64,000 nucleotides of DNA, from contig NC_086097.1 in the NCBI RefSeq assembly GCF_963921235.1, positions 253,954,001 through 254,018,000 on the forward strand, written 5' to 3'. The DNA is from Mobula hypostoma (lineage: Eukaryota). This document shows, piece after piece, positions 51,588 through 62,828 of this stretch (position 1 is its first letter; each line of letters opens with the position of its first letter). The position numbers and the translations under genes were made by a program. Below the pieces are notes generated by a model. That model did not search any database and was not told the origin of the DNA. It saw nothing but the letters and a program-made list of their open reading frames with translations.

Positions 51588-52208
51588 ACAGGCGGGAGGA
51601 GTGAAAGCAGCGCGCCGGGCGTGCGCAGCCCTCCGGTGAAAAATGATATCGTATCCGTTAAATAGGGGCCGTGGACAATTCTGATTTGATGGAGACAGAC
51701 GTGAAAGCACAGAGGAACATCTGGAGAAATTTCTGAAACGCTCGTTTGCTGCTGACGTTACTTTGTGGTCGGGAATCTTTCGGAGGGAAAGCCTCAAAAT
51801 CCCTGGCCTTGCCTGCTTTTGGCGACCGAGAAGGAGGTCGAATCATTCGGATAGAGATGGCGCTCAGTACTCGGTGTCGGAGAGCTGATCGGAGGCTCGA
51901 AGTTTTCGGATGACTCAGAGTCGGATTGTGGTCGGCATGGCAGGGAGAGTTTTTCTTCCTTCTCCCGTCTGCGTGAGATGTGGGACATTTGAGAAACTTT
52001 GAACTTTTACTGTGCTCATGGACTTCATCAAGTTATGGTATTGTTGCACTGTTGTAACTATATGTTATAATTATGTGGATTTGTTAGTTTTTTTCAGTTT
52101 TGGTCTGTCCTGTGTTTTGTGATATCACACTGGAGGAAATATTGTATCATTTCTTAATGCATGCATTACTAAATGACAATAAAAGAGGACTGTGTGTCTT
52201 CATAATCT
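51588..52208 (+). mobile_element. Non-autonomous LINE-derived element, copy 2 of 3
   Basis: Colinear with 59786-60468. Ends AATGACAATAAAAGAGGACTGTGTGTCTTCATAATCT. Confidence 0.8.
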
Positions 52209-53622
52209 TGTCACAATGGCGGGGGCATTGGGAGGTCAAGGGTGGACCCAAATGCAAGACACATCTTGTGAGGTTACTTAAATTTAGTTTATTGTTCGAA
52301 ACCAGGAGAGCAAGGCAGGAACAGGAGTAGCGAACTGGACAAGGACTGAGGACTACAACTAGGCTGGGACCAAGGGTCTGGGCTAGGACTCGGAATCGGC
52401 TCCAAGAACTAGAGGAGACATAAAGAGGCTAGGGTATGGACTCCGAGCCAGAGACTGGGCAAGGACCCAGTACCTGGGTCTTGCCTCGGGCTCAGACCCC
52501 AGAACCAGGCATGGACATGACATGGGCTAGGGAGAGGAGGAACATGGAAAAACAGAGCCTCGGTCTCGGGAGAGCAGGTACATGGAACCATGGACACATA
52601 CACAGAACAGAGAGTCGGGACCCCTCCTTGGGTACAGGACATAGGGCCGGGACTCACACACAGAACAGAGAGCTTGGACCCCTCCTTGGGTATAGGACAT
52701 AGGGCCGGGACTCATGACTCTCCGCGGGGCAACGGCAAGACGGCCTGACTTACCCCACAGAGGCGAGGACAAGACATGACAAGACATGACTCCCCGCGGG
52801 GCAATGGCAAGATGACCTGACTTACCCCACGGAGGCAAGGACAAGACAAGACAAGATCAACACGAATGAACATCAGACGGTACCTATCTAGCTCCGGTGA
52901 TGGAACTAGACCGAAGTGCAGGCGGGGGCTGCAGACGAGGGCTAGAAGCGAGAGGGGCAGAGAAGGGATTCAGACAAGGGGGTAGGACAGGAATCACAGA
53001 CCGCCAGGGCCAGGACTTGACTCAGAACTGGATGCCGCCTGAGCCAGGACGTGGACGTGGTACTTGGATGCCACCGGAGCCAGGACGTGGACATGGTACT
53101 TGGATGCCAATGGAGCCAGGACGTGGACGTAGTACTTGGATGCCAATGGAGCCAGGACGTGGACGTGGTACTTGGATGCCAATGGAGCCAGGACGTGGTG
53201 CTTGGGACCTCTGGGTAGTGCCGAGCTGTCGATTTGGCCCGGGAACAGTAGACAGCGGCCCTTGATTCTCTCCGGCGGGTTAACTGACGGACCCACCTGG
53301 ATGAGGAAACTCTGGAGGCTCACTTCGGTGAGGTAACTGGACAGGGTTGCTCTGGTGAGGAAAGGCGAATTACTGGCACTCGCTTTGGGCGGAGACAAGG
53401 CTTGCTCCAGCCAGATGACATTGGCACGCCGTGACTTTGCAGACTTTGCAGACGCTCCCGCACCGAATGGCTGAAAGCCGGAGACTATAAACTACCGGTT
53501 CAGCCGAGCGTTAATTGCCTCTAATCACCAAAGTTGAGGAACATGGGAAAACAGGGAATCAACGGTCCGGATTGTAACATAAACAAGCTAAATTTAAAGG
53601 GACCCCGATCCGGACCATGACA
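52209..53622 (-). mobile_element. Solo LTR (1414 bp) with a 5-bp TSD
   Basis: Termini TGTCA...TGACA. AATCT is duplicated at 52204-52208 and 53623-53627. AATAAA on the minus strand at 52288-52293. Contains internal tandem repeats. Confidence 0.85.
53027..53205. repeat. 36-bp tandem repeat (~5 copies) within the solo LTR
   Basis: Unit ~TACTTGGATGCCAATGGAGCCAGGACGTGGACGTGG. Confidence 0.95.
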
Positions 53623-54119
53623 AATCTAACCTTTAGGGAAAAAGGATCTAGTACTCTCCCAGCGTAAATGACGAATAAACTCTTTTCATGATTTTGGCAG
53701 GGTACCGGTATTGAATATAACTGACATTTTGATGACAAACTCTACTTTCTTCATCAGGGATGATGCCTAGGCATGTCTAGTCTGGTGGTATTTATACCCA
53801 CATTGTCCGTCCCTCCTGATTGGTTAGTCCTGATCCAATAAGGTTTCCACTCTCCCATCTTGTTTACAATTGGATTCTAGTTCTTACTTAGAGTGAGAAC
53901 TTCGTCTTTGTTGAAATTCTTTTCCTCTAGTTTTATTTCAATAGCTTCCTTTACCAGGCAGTCCCAAAAGCCACTGGGGCAGCACAATAGTTTTGTGCCA
54001 TCTAAGTCAGCGGTCCCCAACCACCGGGCCGCAAAGCATGTGCTACCGGGCCGCGAGGAAACGATATGAGTCAGCTGCACCTTTCCTCATTGCCTGTCAC
54101 GCACTGTTGAACTTGAACA

Positions 54120-56012
54120 TAGGGTTGCCAACTGTCCCGTATTAGCCAGGACATCCCGTATATTGGGCTAAATTGGTTTGTCCCATACAGGACCGCCCTT
54201 GTCCTGTATTTCCCCTGCTAAAGTAGAAAGTTCCTATGAAACCTTTTGTGCCGAAATAGCGTAAGACGAAGAAGCAATTACCACTAATTTATATGGGAAA
54301 ATTTTTTGAGCATTCCCAGACCCAAAAAATAACCTACCAAATAACACATAAAACCGAAAATAAGTAACACTAACATATAGTAAAAGCAGGAATATGATGA
54401 ATACACAGCCTATATAAAGTAGAAATAATGTATGTACAGTGTAGTTTCACTTAACAGAATCGGGAAGATTGAGCCAAAACCGATTTGTAGAAAAAAATTG
54501 ACACGGACCGCATGCGCACACACCTGCCCGCACAAGGCTTCATGGTCATGGTAGTCTTTCTCAGGGTAAAGACAAGTGTCCCATATTTGACTGCTACTTT
54601 TAGACTGTAAGACCATAAGACAAAGGAGCAGAAGTAGGCCATTCGGCCCATCGAGTCTGCTCCGCCATTTTATCATGAGCTGATCCATTCTCCCATTTAG
54701 TCCCACTCCCCTGCCTTCTCACCACAACCTTTGATGCCCTGGCTACTCAGATACCTATCAATCTCTGCCTTAAATACACCCAATGACTTGGCCTCCACTG
54801 CTGCCCGTGGCAACAAATTCCATTGATTCTCCACCCTCTGACTAAAAAAATTTCTTCGCATTTCTGTTCTGAATGGGCGCCCTTCAATCCTTCCTTAGGT
54901 CATGCCTTCTCGTACTCGACTCCCCCATCGTGGGAAACAACTTTGCCACATCCACTCTGTCCATGCCTTTCAACATTCGAAATGTTTCTATGAGGTCTCC
55001 CCTCATTCTTCTAAACTCCAAGGAATACAGTCCAAGAGCGGACAAACGTTCCTCATATGTTAACCCTCTCATTCCCGGAATCATTCTCGTGAATCTTCTC
55101 TGTACCCTCTCCAACGTCAGCACATCCTTTCTTAAATAAGGAGACCAAAACTGCCCACAGTACTACAAGTGAGGTCTCACCAGTGCCTTATAGAGCCTCA
55201 ACATCACATCCCTGCTCCTATACTCTATTCCTCTAGAAATAGATGCCAACATTGCATTCGCCTTCTTCACCACCGACTCACCCTGGAAGGGTATCCTGTA
55301 CGAGGACTCCCAAGTCCCGTTGCATCTCAGAATTTTGAATTCTTTCCCTATTTAAATAATAGTCTGCCCGTTTATTTTTTTCTGCCGAAGTGCATAACCA
55401 TACACTTTCCAACATTGTACTTCATTTGCCACTTCTCTGCCCATTCTTCCAATCTATCCAAGTCTCTCTGCAGACTCTCCGTTTCCTCAGCACTACTGGC
55501 CCCTCCATCTATCTTCGTATCGTCAGCAAACTTAGCCACAAAGCCATCTATTCCATAATCCAAATCGTTGATATACAATGTGAAAAGAAGCGGCCCCAAC
55601 ACAGACCCCTGTGGAACACCACTGGTAACCGGCAGCCAACCAGAACAGGATCCCTTTATTCCCACTCTCTGTTTCCTGCCAATCAGCCAACGCTCTATCC
55701 ACATATGTAACTTTCCCGTAATTCCATGGGCTCTTATCTTGTTAAGTAGCCTCATGTGTGGCACCTTGTCAAAGGCCTTCTGAAAATCCAAATATACAAC
55801 ATCCACTGCATTTTCTCCCTTGTCTAGCCTACTGGTAATTTCCTCAAAAAATTGTAATAGGTTTGTCAGGCGGGATTGTCCTTTAAGGAATCCATGCTGA
55901 GTTCTGCCAATCTTGTCATATGCCTCCAGGTACTCCGTAACCTCATCCTTGACAATCGACTCCAACAACTTCCCAACCACCTTATTTGGGAGTGAGAAAG
56001 TTGGCAACCCTA
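54120..56012. mobile_element. Second non-autonomous hAT element with an 8-bp TSD, nested in the first
   Basis: Perfect 14-bp TIRs TAGGGTTGCCAACT and AGTTGGCAACCCTA. CTTGAACA is duplicated at 54112-54119 and 56013-56020. Confidence 0.9.
54602..55980 (-). mobile_element. 5'-truncated CR1 nested in the inner hAT element
   Basis: ORF 55372-56061 carries RT motifs (YLDFQKAFDKV, QGSVLGP, FADDTK). ORF 54884-55123 and a tail at ~54602-54620. Confidence 0.92.
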
Positions 56013-56654
56013 CTTGAACACCACCCTCCCCCACCCCCCCGTCAGCCAGTCCGCGATGCAAAAAAGGTTGGGGACCCCTGATCTAAGTCAATCTTTTGTT
56101 CCATCAAAGTCAATCCTCTGGCCATTGTGACTGCAATGTTCTGCTACCACCAATATCTCTGGATAGCCCAAACGAATACACCTCCTCTGGCCCTTGATGC
56201 AGGTTTCCACTGTGCGTCCCATCTGGCTAACATATGCTGCTGTGCATTCACAGGTATTCCTGTAAGCGCCAGTGACCGGAGTCCCAGGTCTCCTTTGACC
56301 TGCACAAGCTGTGATGTGATCTTCCTTATAGGTTTGTGGATGCTATTAATTCAGTATTTCTTCAAGATCCAGGTGATCCTTTGAGAAACAGGGAAGGCAG
56401 GCAGTAGCGCCGGGCTCCTCCTCATTGTTATGTTTCCTAGTTTTTCCATCGGCCTTTTTAAGGGCCCGATTCACTTCCTCCACCTTGTAGCCATTCTGCA
56501 GGAACGTTGTGTGTAATTATCTTATTTCCTCGGGGAGACTCTCTAGTCCGAAATACTTTTCACATGGTAAATCAAAGTAGAAAGACCTGCTCTACATTGG
56601 GAGGCATCATGGTGGCTGTTATTGGTGAAGTATATAGACGCCATATTGAGACTA

Positions 56655-57243
56655 CTATCCGGTTTCCATCGTATTAGAATCTAGTGATTCTTGAAAGATC
56701 ATTACTAATGTCTCCATAATGTCTTCAGCCATCTCTTTCGGAGCTCTGGGGTGTACACCATCTGGTCCAGGTGACTTATCTACCTTCAGACCTTTCAGTT
56801 TCCCAAGAACCTTTTCTCTAGTTATGGTAACTTCATACACTTCATGACCCCTGACACCAGGAAATTCTTCCATACTGCTAATGTCTTCCACAATGAAGAC
56901 TGATGCAAAATACTCATTCTGTTCATCTTTGTCCCCCATTACTACCTCTGTAGCATTGTTTTCCAGTGTTCCAATTTCCACTCTCACCTCTCCTTTACAC
57001 TTTATGTATCTGAAGAAACTTTTGGTATCCTCTTTAATATTATAGGGTAGCTTACATTCGTATTTTATCTTTTCCTTCTTAATGACTTTTCTAGTTGCCT
57101 TCGTTTGGTATTTAAAAGCTTCCCAATCCTCTAACATCTCACTAACTTTTGCTATACTATATGCTCTCTTTTTGTCTTTTATTCTGACTTTGAGTGCCCT
57201 TGTTAGCCATGGTTGTGTCATCTTTCCTTTCGAATATTTCTTC
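56655..57243 (-). mobile_element. CR1 ORF2 internal fragment
   Basis: ORF 56655-57251 (QPWLT, NEYFASVF, KSPGPDGVHPR). Confidence 0.85.
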
Positions 57244-57458
57244 AACTTCAAACCTGCTGTACTTCCTTTAGGGGGTCAGAGCTACCGGCTAAAGAAGGCG
57301 AGCAGCTGCCACATGCCTCAGACCAACTGTTAGTGCACAGCACCCACAGCACAGTCTGAAGTGTCAGTAGTAATGGCTATGGGAGTTTTGGAGGATGGGA
57401 GCACCAGTAAGGATGTGTTGGAAAGAGCGTGTTTGGTACCATCAAATGCCCTGGTCAT

Positions 57459-57604
57459 TGTGGTGATATCACGAAAAATGATGTGCCAGTACATGATTGG
57501 ACAGAGCACTGAGCATGCACGGGATTGCCAGAACGTTCCAGCACGTGGCTGGTTAAGACGTGTTTGTTTATAACTGTAAATAAAAGTTCTCTAATTCTTC
57601 CAGC
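57459..57604 (+). repeat. 5' LTR of Gypsy A, 3'-truncated
   Basis: Matches 62549-62695. Cut off by the mariner MITE at 57608. Confidence 0.9.
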
Positions 57605-57607
57605 TTA

Positions 57608-57869
57608 CGAGGGGTGATTGATAAGTCCATGGCTTAAGGTACAAGGAGTCAATTTTAGAAAACCTAGCACATTTATTTTTCCTACATTTACACACTTAGT
57701 CCAGCGGTCGTGGAGCATACGGATCCCTTCTTTGCAGAAGTGGTCCACAGCAGGGGTGATTGATAAGTTCATGGTCTAAGGTAGAAGGGGATGAGTTATA
57801 CATGCATGTGCCGTTCAACTCTTTGAGTGATTATGCAGAAAGTTTGAAGTTAATAACTCATCTCCTTCT
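57608..57869 (-). mobile_element. Mariner-derived MITE, truncated
   Basis: TA followed by CGAGGGGTGATTGATAAGT. Inverted homolog of 61940-62259. Confidence 0.85.
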
Positions 57870-59785
57870 AATTTCAATTTAAGTCGATAATGGACAGATT
57901 TGAAGTATTTTGTATAGCTAACCGTAATTTAACATATGAGCGATATAAATTCTTCACATGTACAAAGAGAGCAGCTGAAACAATTGATCAGTAGGTTACT
58001 GAGTTAAGAAAGTGTAGTAGAACATGTGAGTTTGGATTGCTCACGGACTCTCTCATTAAAGATAGACTTGTTTGCGGCATTTGAGATAATGCTCTGAGAG
58101 AAATGTTGTTGAGAGAGCAAGATTTAAATTTTGAAAAAGCTTTGGTGCTGTGCAACGCTTCTGAGACCGTGACGTTGCAGGCTGAAGAGCTTTTTGTCGA
58201 AAACTGCAATGTAAACACTGTAAAAAAAGAGTGAATATATCAAGAAATATAATAATGTCAACGAAACAGACAGGAGCATGACAGCATCGTGCAAATTAGT
58301 GTCCTGCATATGGCAAAATTTGCAATGGCTGCAGTAAGATTAATCATTTTTCACACTGTTGTAAAAGTAGAAAGAAGGAAAATAAAATGAAACAAGTAAA
58401 TGCTGAGCTTGAAGATGAATGTGAGGAATTATATATAGATGTGCTTTGTGAAAATAAACAAAGTGAGAATGACTGGACTGTTCCATTGCAAGTGAATCAA
58501 AACAATATTCTGTGTGAACTTGATACTGCAGCGCAAGTAAATGTTCTTGCAGAATCTGAGTTTAATGTTTTAAAGCCAAGACCGAAGTTACATCAGACAA
58601 ATATAGAAGTGACTGGGTATTCAGGTGCAGACATTCCAGTTAAAGGAACATGCGTGGCAAAGGTATCACCCAAAAATATTGTGCATACGCTTTCATCTGT
58701 GGTCGTGCCAAACATGTACAGTCAATTCTGGGTTTATCTGCCTGTGAAAGACTTAATTTGGTGAAAAGAATTTTAGTCCTTGATAGCGACACAGAGTCAG
58801 AATACAGTGACTTAATGAAAGAGTATGAAGACTTGTTTAAAGGGCTTGGTTGTCTTCCAGGAGAGCACTCGATTAAAAGTGACAACACAGTGAAATCCGT
58901 AATACATCCATGCAGAAAAGTACCTTTTGCATTACGTCATCAGCTGAAAACAGAGCTTGACAGAATGGAAAGGCTAGGAGTCATAAAAAAAATGATGAAC
59001 CAACTGAATGGGTCAATTCGCTTGTCATTGTTGATAAGAAAAATGGAAAACTTAGGATTTGCTTAGATCCAAGAGACTTGAATCGGGCCATTAAAAGAGA
59101 GTATTTCAAATTGCTTCTCATGAAGAAATTATGTCACAGTTTGTTAATGCAAAGTTTTTTAGTAAATTAGATGCATCCTCTGGATTCTGGCAACTCAAAT
59201 TAGATGAACCGAGTTCAAGGTTGTGTACCTTTAACACTCCCTTTGCCAAATACTGTTTTCCTTGGCTTCCGTTTGGAATTGCACCAGCTCCTGAAGTGTA
59301 CCATAAAACCATTCACGTGCTATATGAGCGCATTGATGGTGTGGATACTTCCAAGGACAATATTGTTGTTTGGGGATCGACTAAACAAGAGCATGACGCC
59401 AGACTCAGGCAAGTCTTTGAGGCAACACGCAAAGCTAACCTGAAGTTGAATAACGACAAATGTCAGCTAGGAGTGACCGAACTTACCTTTCTGGGTGATG
59501 TCATCAGCAAGGAGGGTGTGCGTCCTGATCCATTGAAGGTTTCTGCTATTGAGAACATGCCAAGACCACAATGTAAAAAGGATGTTCAGAGGTTTTGGGA
59601 ATGGTTAACTACATGGGAAAATTTATACCCAATCTCTCGGAACAGCTTGCTCCATTGCGGCAGCTAACAAAAAGAGAAATGAATGGAGCCGGAACCATGA
59701 ACAGGAGAAGGCATGACAAAATCTCAAAAAAGTGCTCTCAAAAGAACCTGTGTTGAAATTTTATGATGGGTGAGAGACCTACCAA

Positions 59786-60468
59786 AGACCTATTTGAGAG
59801 CCCTGAGAGAAGAGAAGATGGTGGCGCGACGCAGCGCGCAACGGCCACTCGGGAATGAATATCTGTTATTTGTTAAGTAGGATGCCGTGCACAATCCTGA
59901 TTTGATGGAGACGGACATGAGAAGCACGGAGGAACATCTGGTGAAACTTCTGAAATGCCTGTTTTGTTGCCGCTGCGACTGTGCGATCCAGAACCTCCAG
60001 AGGGGAATGCCCCGAATTTTCAGCTTTGTTTGTTGCTTAGTGGCCGGGCCCGGGGTCGAAGCGCTCGGCAGAGATGGTGCTCAGTGCTCGGTGTCGGAGG
60101 GCTGGCTGGAGGCTCGAAGTTTTCTGACGGACTCAGAGTCGGCTGTGGTCAGGTGCTTCCAGGACGCTGCATCGGCAAGTTTGCGGCACTGGAAGTTCAT
60201 GGCAGGGAGAGTTTTTCTTCCTTCTACCATCTGCGTGAGATGATGGGGCTATCAGGACTTTGAGACTGTTTTTACCGTGTCCATGGTCTGCTCTTTATCA
60301 AATTATGGTATTGCATTGCACCGTTGTAACTATATGTTTTTGTCAGTTTTAGTCTTGGTCTGGCTTGTGTTTCTGTGATATCATACCGGAGGAACATTGT
60401 ATCATTTTTTAATGCATGCACTACTAAATGACAATAAACCAGGACCGAGTGTCCTCATAATCTAAAAA
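59786..60468 (+). mobile_element. Non-autonomous LINE-derived element, copy 3 of 3, nested in Gypsy A pol
   Basis: 5' AAGATGGTGGCGCGACGCAGC and 3' AATGACAATAAACCAGGACCGAGTGTCCTCATAATCT. Removing it restores ERPTK|ISCDAS. Confidence 0.85.
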
Positions 60469-60891
60469 AAATCTCATGTGACGCATCTCAAGCAGGATTA
60501 GGGGCAGTATTACTCCAAAAAAGTGATCAGGAATGGCTACCAGTGGTATATGCATCTCGATCATTTTCTGATCCAGAAACAAGGTACGCCCAAATTGAAA
60601 TAGAATTGCTCAGTGTTATGTTTGTTTGTGAGAGATTTCATCAGTTTGTGTCAGGGCGATCTATTGATGTTGAAGCCGATCATAAGCCGGTGATTGCATT
60701 GTTTAACAAACCTTTAAGTGACTGTCCTTTGCGAATTCAGCGAATGATGATCAAATTGCAAAATAATGCGTTGAATGTGTCATGCACACCTGGAAAATTC
60801 ACGTACACACCTGACACACTTTCCAGAGCTGTGGATCCAACAACAAAAGACAGTCAGAGGAACGTTATTGATGTTCAGGTATTTATTGATT

Positions 60892-61908
60892 ATGGTCATA
60901 GAAACTGTACCTGTTGCTCCCAAGAAGTGGGAGCTGCTGCGTCTTGAGACAGAGAAGGACAAAATTCTCAATCAGGTAATACAAGTGGTGTTGGATGGAT
61001 GGCCAGATAATAGACATGACTGTACCTCAGTAGTACAAGATTATTGGAACCACAGATCAGAACTGTCTGTTGTGGATGGGATATTGTACAAAGGTAGTAG
61101 AATTGTTATACCTAAAAGTCTCTGTAAAGAAATGATTGATAAAATTCATGAAGGCCACCTAAGCGTTGAAAAATGTAAGAAAAGGGCAGAGGAAGTGATG
61201 TTTTGGCCCAGGATGAATCAAGAGATTGCAGGATTGGTGTCTCCTTGTCAAATATGCCTTAAATACCAACCTAACAAGCCTAAGGAGACACTGCATCCAC
61301 ACCCGAATCCGCAGAGACCTTATCGGAAGGTAGGCATTGATCTTTTTATAACTAACAACAAAGACTATCTACTAATAACAGATTACTACCCATTGTATCC
61401 TGAAGTGTGCTGTCTGGGCAGAACGACTTCAGAAAATGTAATTACATGCATGAAATCAGTTTTTTCAAGACATGGTGTACCTGATGAAGTTTTCGCAGGC
61501 AATGGTCCACAATTCAGTAGTGAATGCATGAAATATTTTGCTCATGAATGGGGCTTTGTTCATACAACAACGAGTCCATTTTTCCCTCAGTCTAATGGAT
61601 TAGTTGAGAAATCGGTAGGAATTGTCAAGAAACTGATGCACAAAGTAAAAGATAGTGGAAGTGATTTTTATAAAGCCTTGTTAGTCTACCGCAGTACTCC
61701 ACTTGAATTTGGATTTTTGCCTGCTCAGCTCTTGATGGGACGACGTTTGAGGTCCAATCTGCCAATGGATGAGAGCCTTCTGAGAACAGAGGGAGGTGAA
61801 CAAGTAAAAATGTGGAAAAATGAACACAAAGCAAAGCAGAAAGTACACTTTGATAGACATTCTCGTCCATTACCTGAACTGCATCAGGGAGATGAAGTGA
61901 GGATATAA
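60892..61908 (+). pseudogene. Gypsy A integrase remnant
   Basis: HEGH...CQIC zinc-binding motif, GIDLF, AGNGPQF (the catalytic D of SDNGPQF is replaced by G) and PQSNGLVE. Premature TAA at 61906-61908. Confidence 0.88.
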
Positions 61909-61939
61909 GACAAAATGAACATATGGACACAGAAAGCTA

Positions 61940-62259
61940 TGAGAGGTGATTGATATGTTCGTGGCCTAAGGTAGAAGGAGATGAGTTATTAACTTCAAAC
62001 TTTCTGCATAATCACTCAAAGAGTTGACCTGCATGTGCATGTAATGAGAGCTGTATAAATCCCCTCCTTCTACCTTAGGCCACGAACCTATCAATCACCC
62101 ATCTGTGGACACTTTCTGGAGGTCCAAGATCCGTATGCTCCACAACCGCTGGACTAAATGTGTACATTTAGGAGGGGACTATGTTGAAAAATAAATGTGC
62201 TAGGTTTTCTAAAATTGACTCTTTCTACCTTAGGCCACAAACTTATCAATCACTGCTCG
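61940..62259 (+). mobile_element. Mariner-derived MITE with a TA TSD and an internal third TIR copy
   Basis: TA at 61938-61939 and 62260-62261. ~40-bp TIRs, with an extra TIR copy at ~62063-62100. Transposase C-terminus IRMLHNRWTKCVHLGGDYVEK*. Confidence 0.9.
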
Positions 62260-62548
62260 TACAGTACTTGAAGAAGCACAACCCAGATCATACATGTCCA
62301 AACAGAGGAAGGAGCAGTGGTAAGAAGAAATCACAAAGACCTCGGGAAAGGCTTCAGAGATTCAGTTAACTGATGCAGATGAGACAAAACATGTAAATAA
62401 TTACAGGGAAACACAAGATCTGTGTGTACCACTTAGAAGGTCTACTCGTGTTCGTAAGCCCACAGAGAGACTGATAGAGACGTGTTGAATTATGTATTTG
62501 CTTTGATTAACGTGGTTAATTGTTTTTTTCTTTTTAAGGAAAGGAAGA

Positions 62549-62748
62549 TGTGGTGATATCAGGTGCAATGATGTGCCAGTACATGATTGGACAGAGCACT
62601 AAGCATGCGCGGGATTGCCAGAATGTTCCAGCACATGGCTGGGTTAAGACGTGTTTGTTTATTACTGTAAATAAAAGCTCTCTAATTCTTCCAGAATATG
62701 ATTCTGTACTGTTAGCCCACAGTACGTTTAAAGAGAAGTAACATAACA
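62549..62748 (+). repeat. 3' LTR of Gypsy A (200 bp)
   Basis: TG...CA termini, internal AATAAA, preceded by a polypurine tract. Confidence 0.92.
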
Positions 62749-62828
62749 ATTTCATGGGGAATGAAAACCAATTTCCCCTGGGATCAATAAAGTATGACTA
62801 TGACTATGACTATGACTATGACTATGAC
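62749..62828 (+). mobile_element. Very short Rex1-type LINE tail with a (TATGAC)n microsatellite
   Basis: AATGAAAACCAATTTCCCCTGGGATCAATAAAG(TATGAC)6, the same tail as 6068-6114. Confidence 0.85.

Larger units (their letters stand above)
54008..56080. mobile_element. Non-autonomous hAT (Charlie-like) element with an 8-bp TSD
   Basis: TIRs CAGCGGTCCCCAACC and GGTTGGGGACCCCTG. ATCTAAGT is duplicated at 54000-54007 and 56081-56088. Confidence 0.9.
53700..56650 (-). mobile_element. Penelope-like element, second family: GIY-YIG domain and pseudo-LTR, split by hAT insertions
   Basis: Minus strand ~56270-56100 is a frameshifted GIY-YIG domain (CECTAAYVSQMGRTVETCIK, RCIRLGYPE, AEHC). It continues after the insertion as DGTKLLCC..GFWDCLVKEAIEIKLEEKNFNKDE (ORF 53877-54080). 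Decayed hammerhead at 53723-53757. Confidence 0.82.
57459..62748 (+). mobile_element. Gypsy LTR retrotransposon A: near full-length, pseudogenised, nested in Gypsy B
   Basis: Paired LTRs and PPT AAGGAAAGGAAGA at 62536-62548. TSD TCAT at 57455-57458 and 62831-62834. Gag (ERYKFF, IKDRLVCG), protease LDTAA, RT FSKLDASSGFWQ, RNase H CDAS/RYAQIE, then integrase. Confidence 0.93.
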
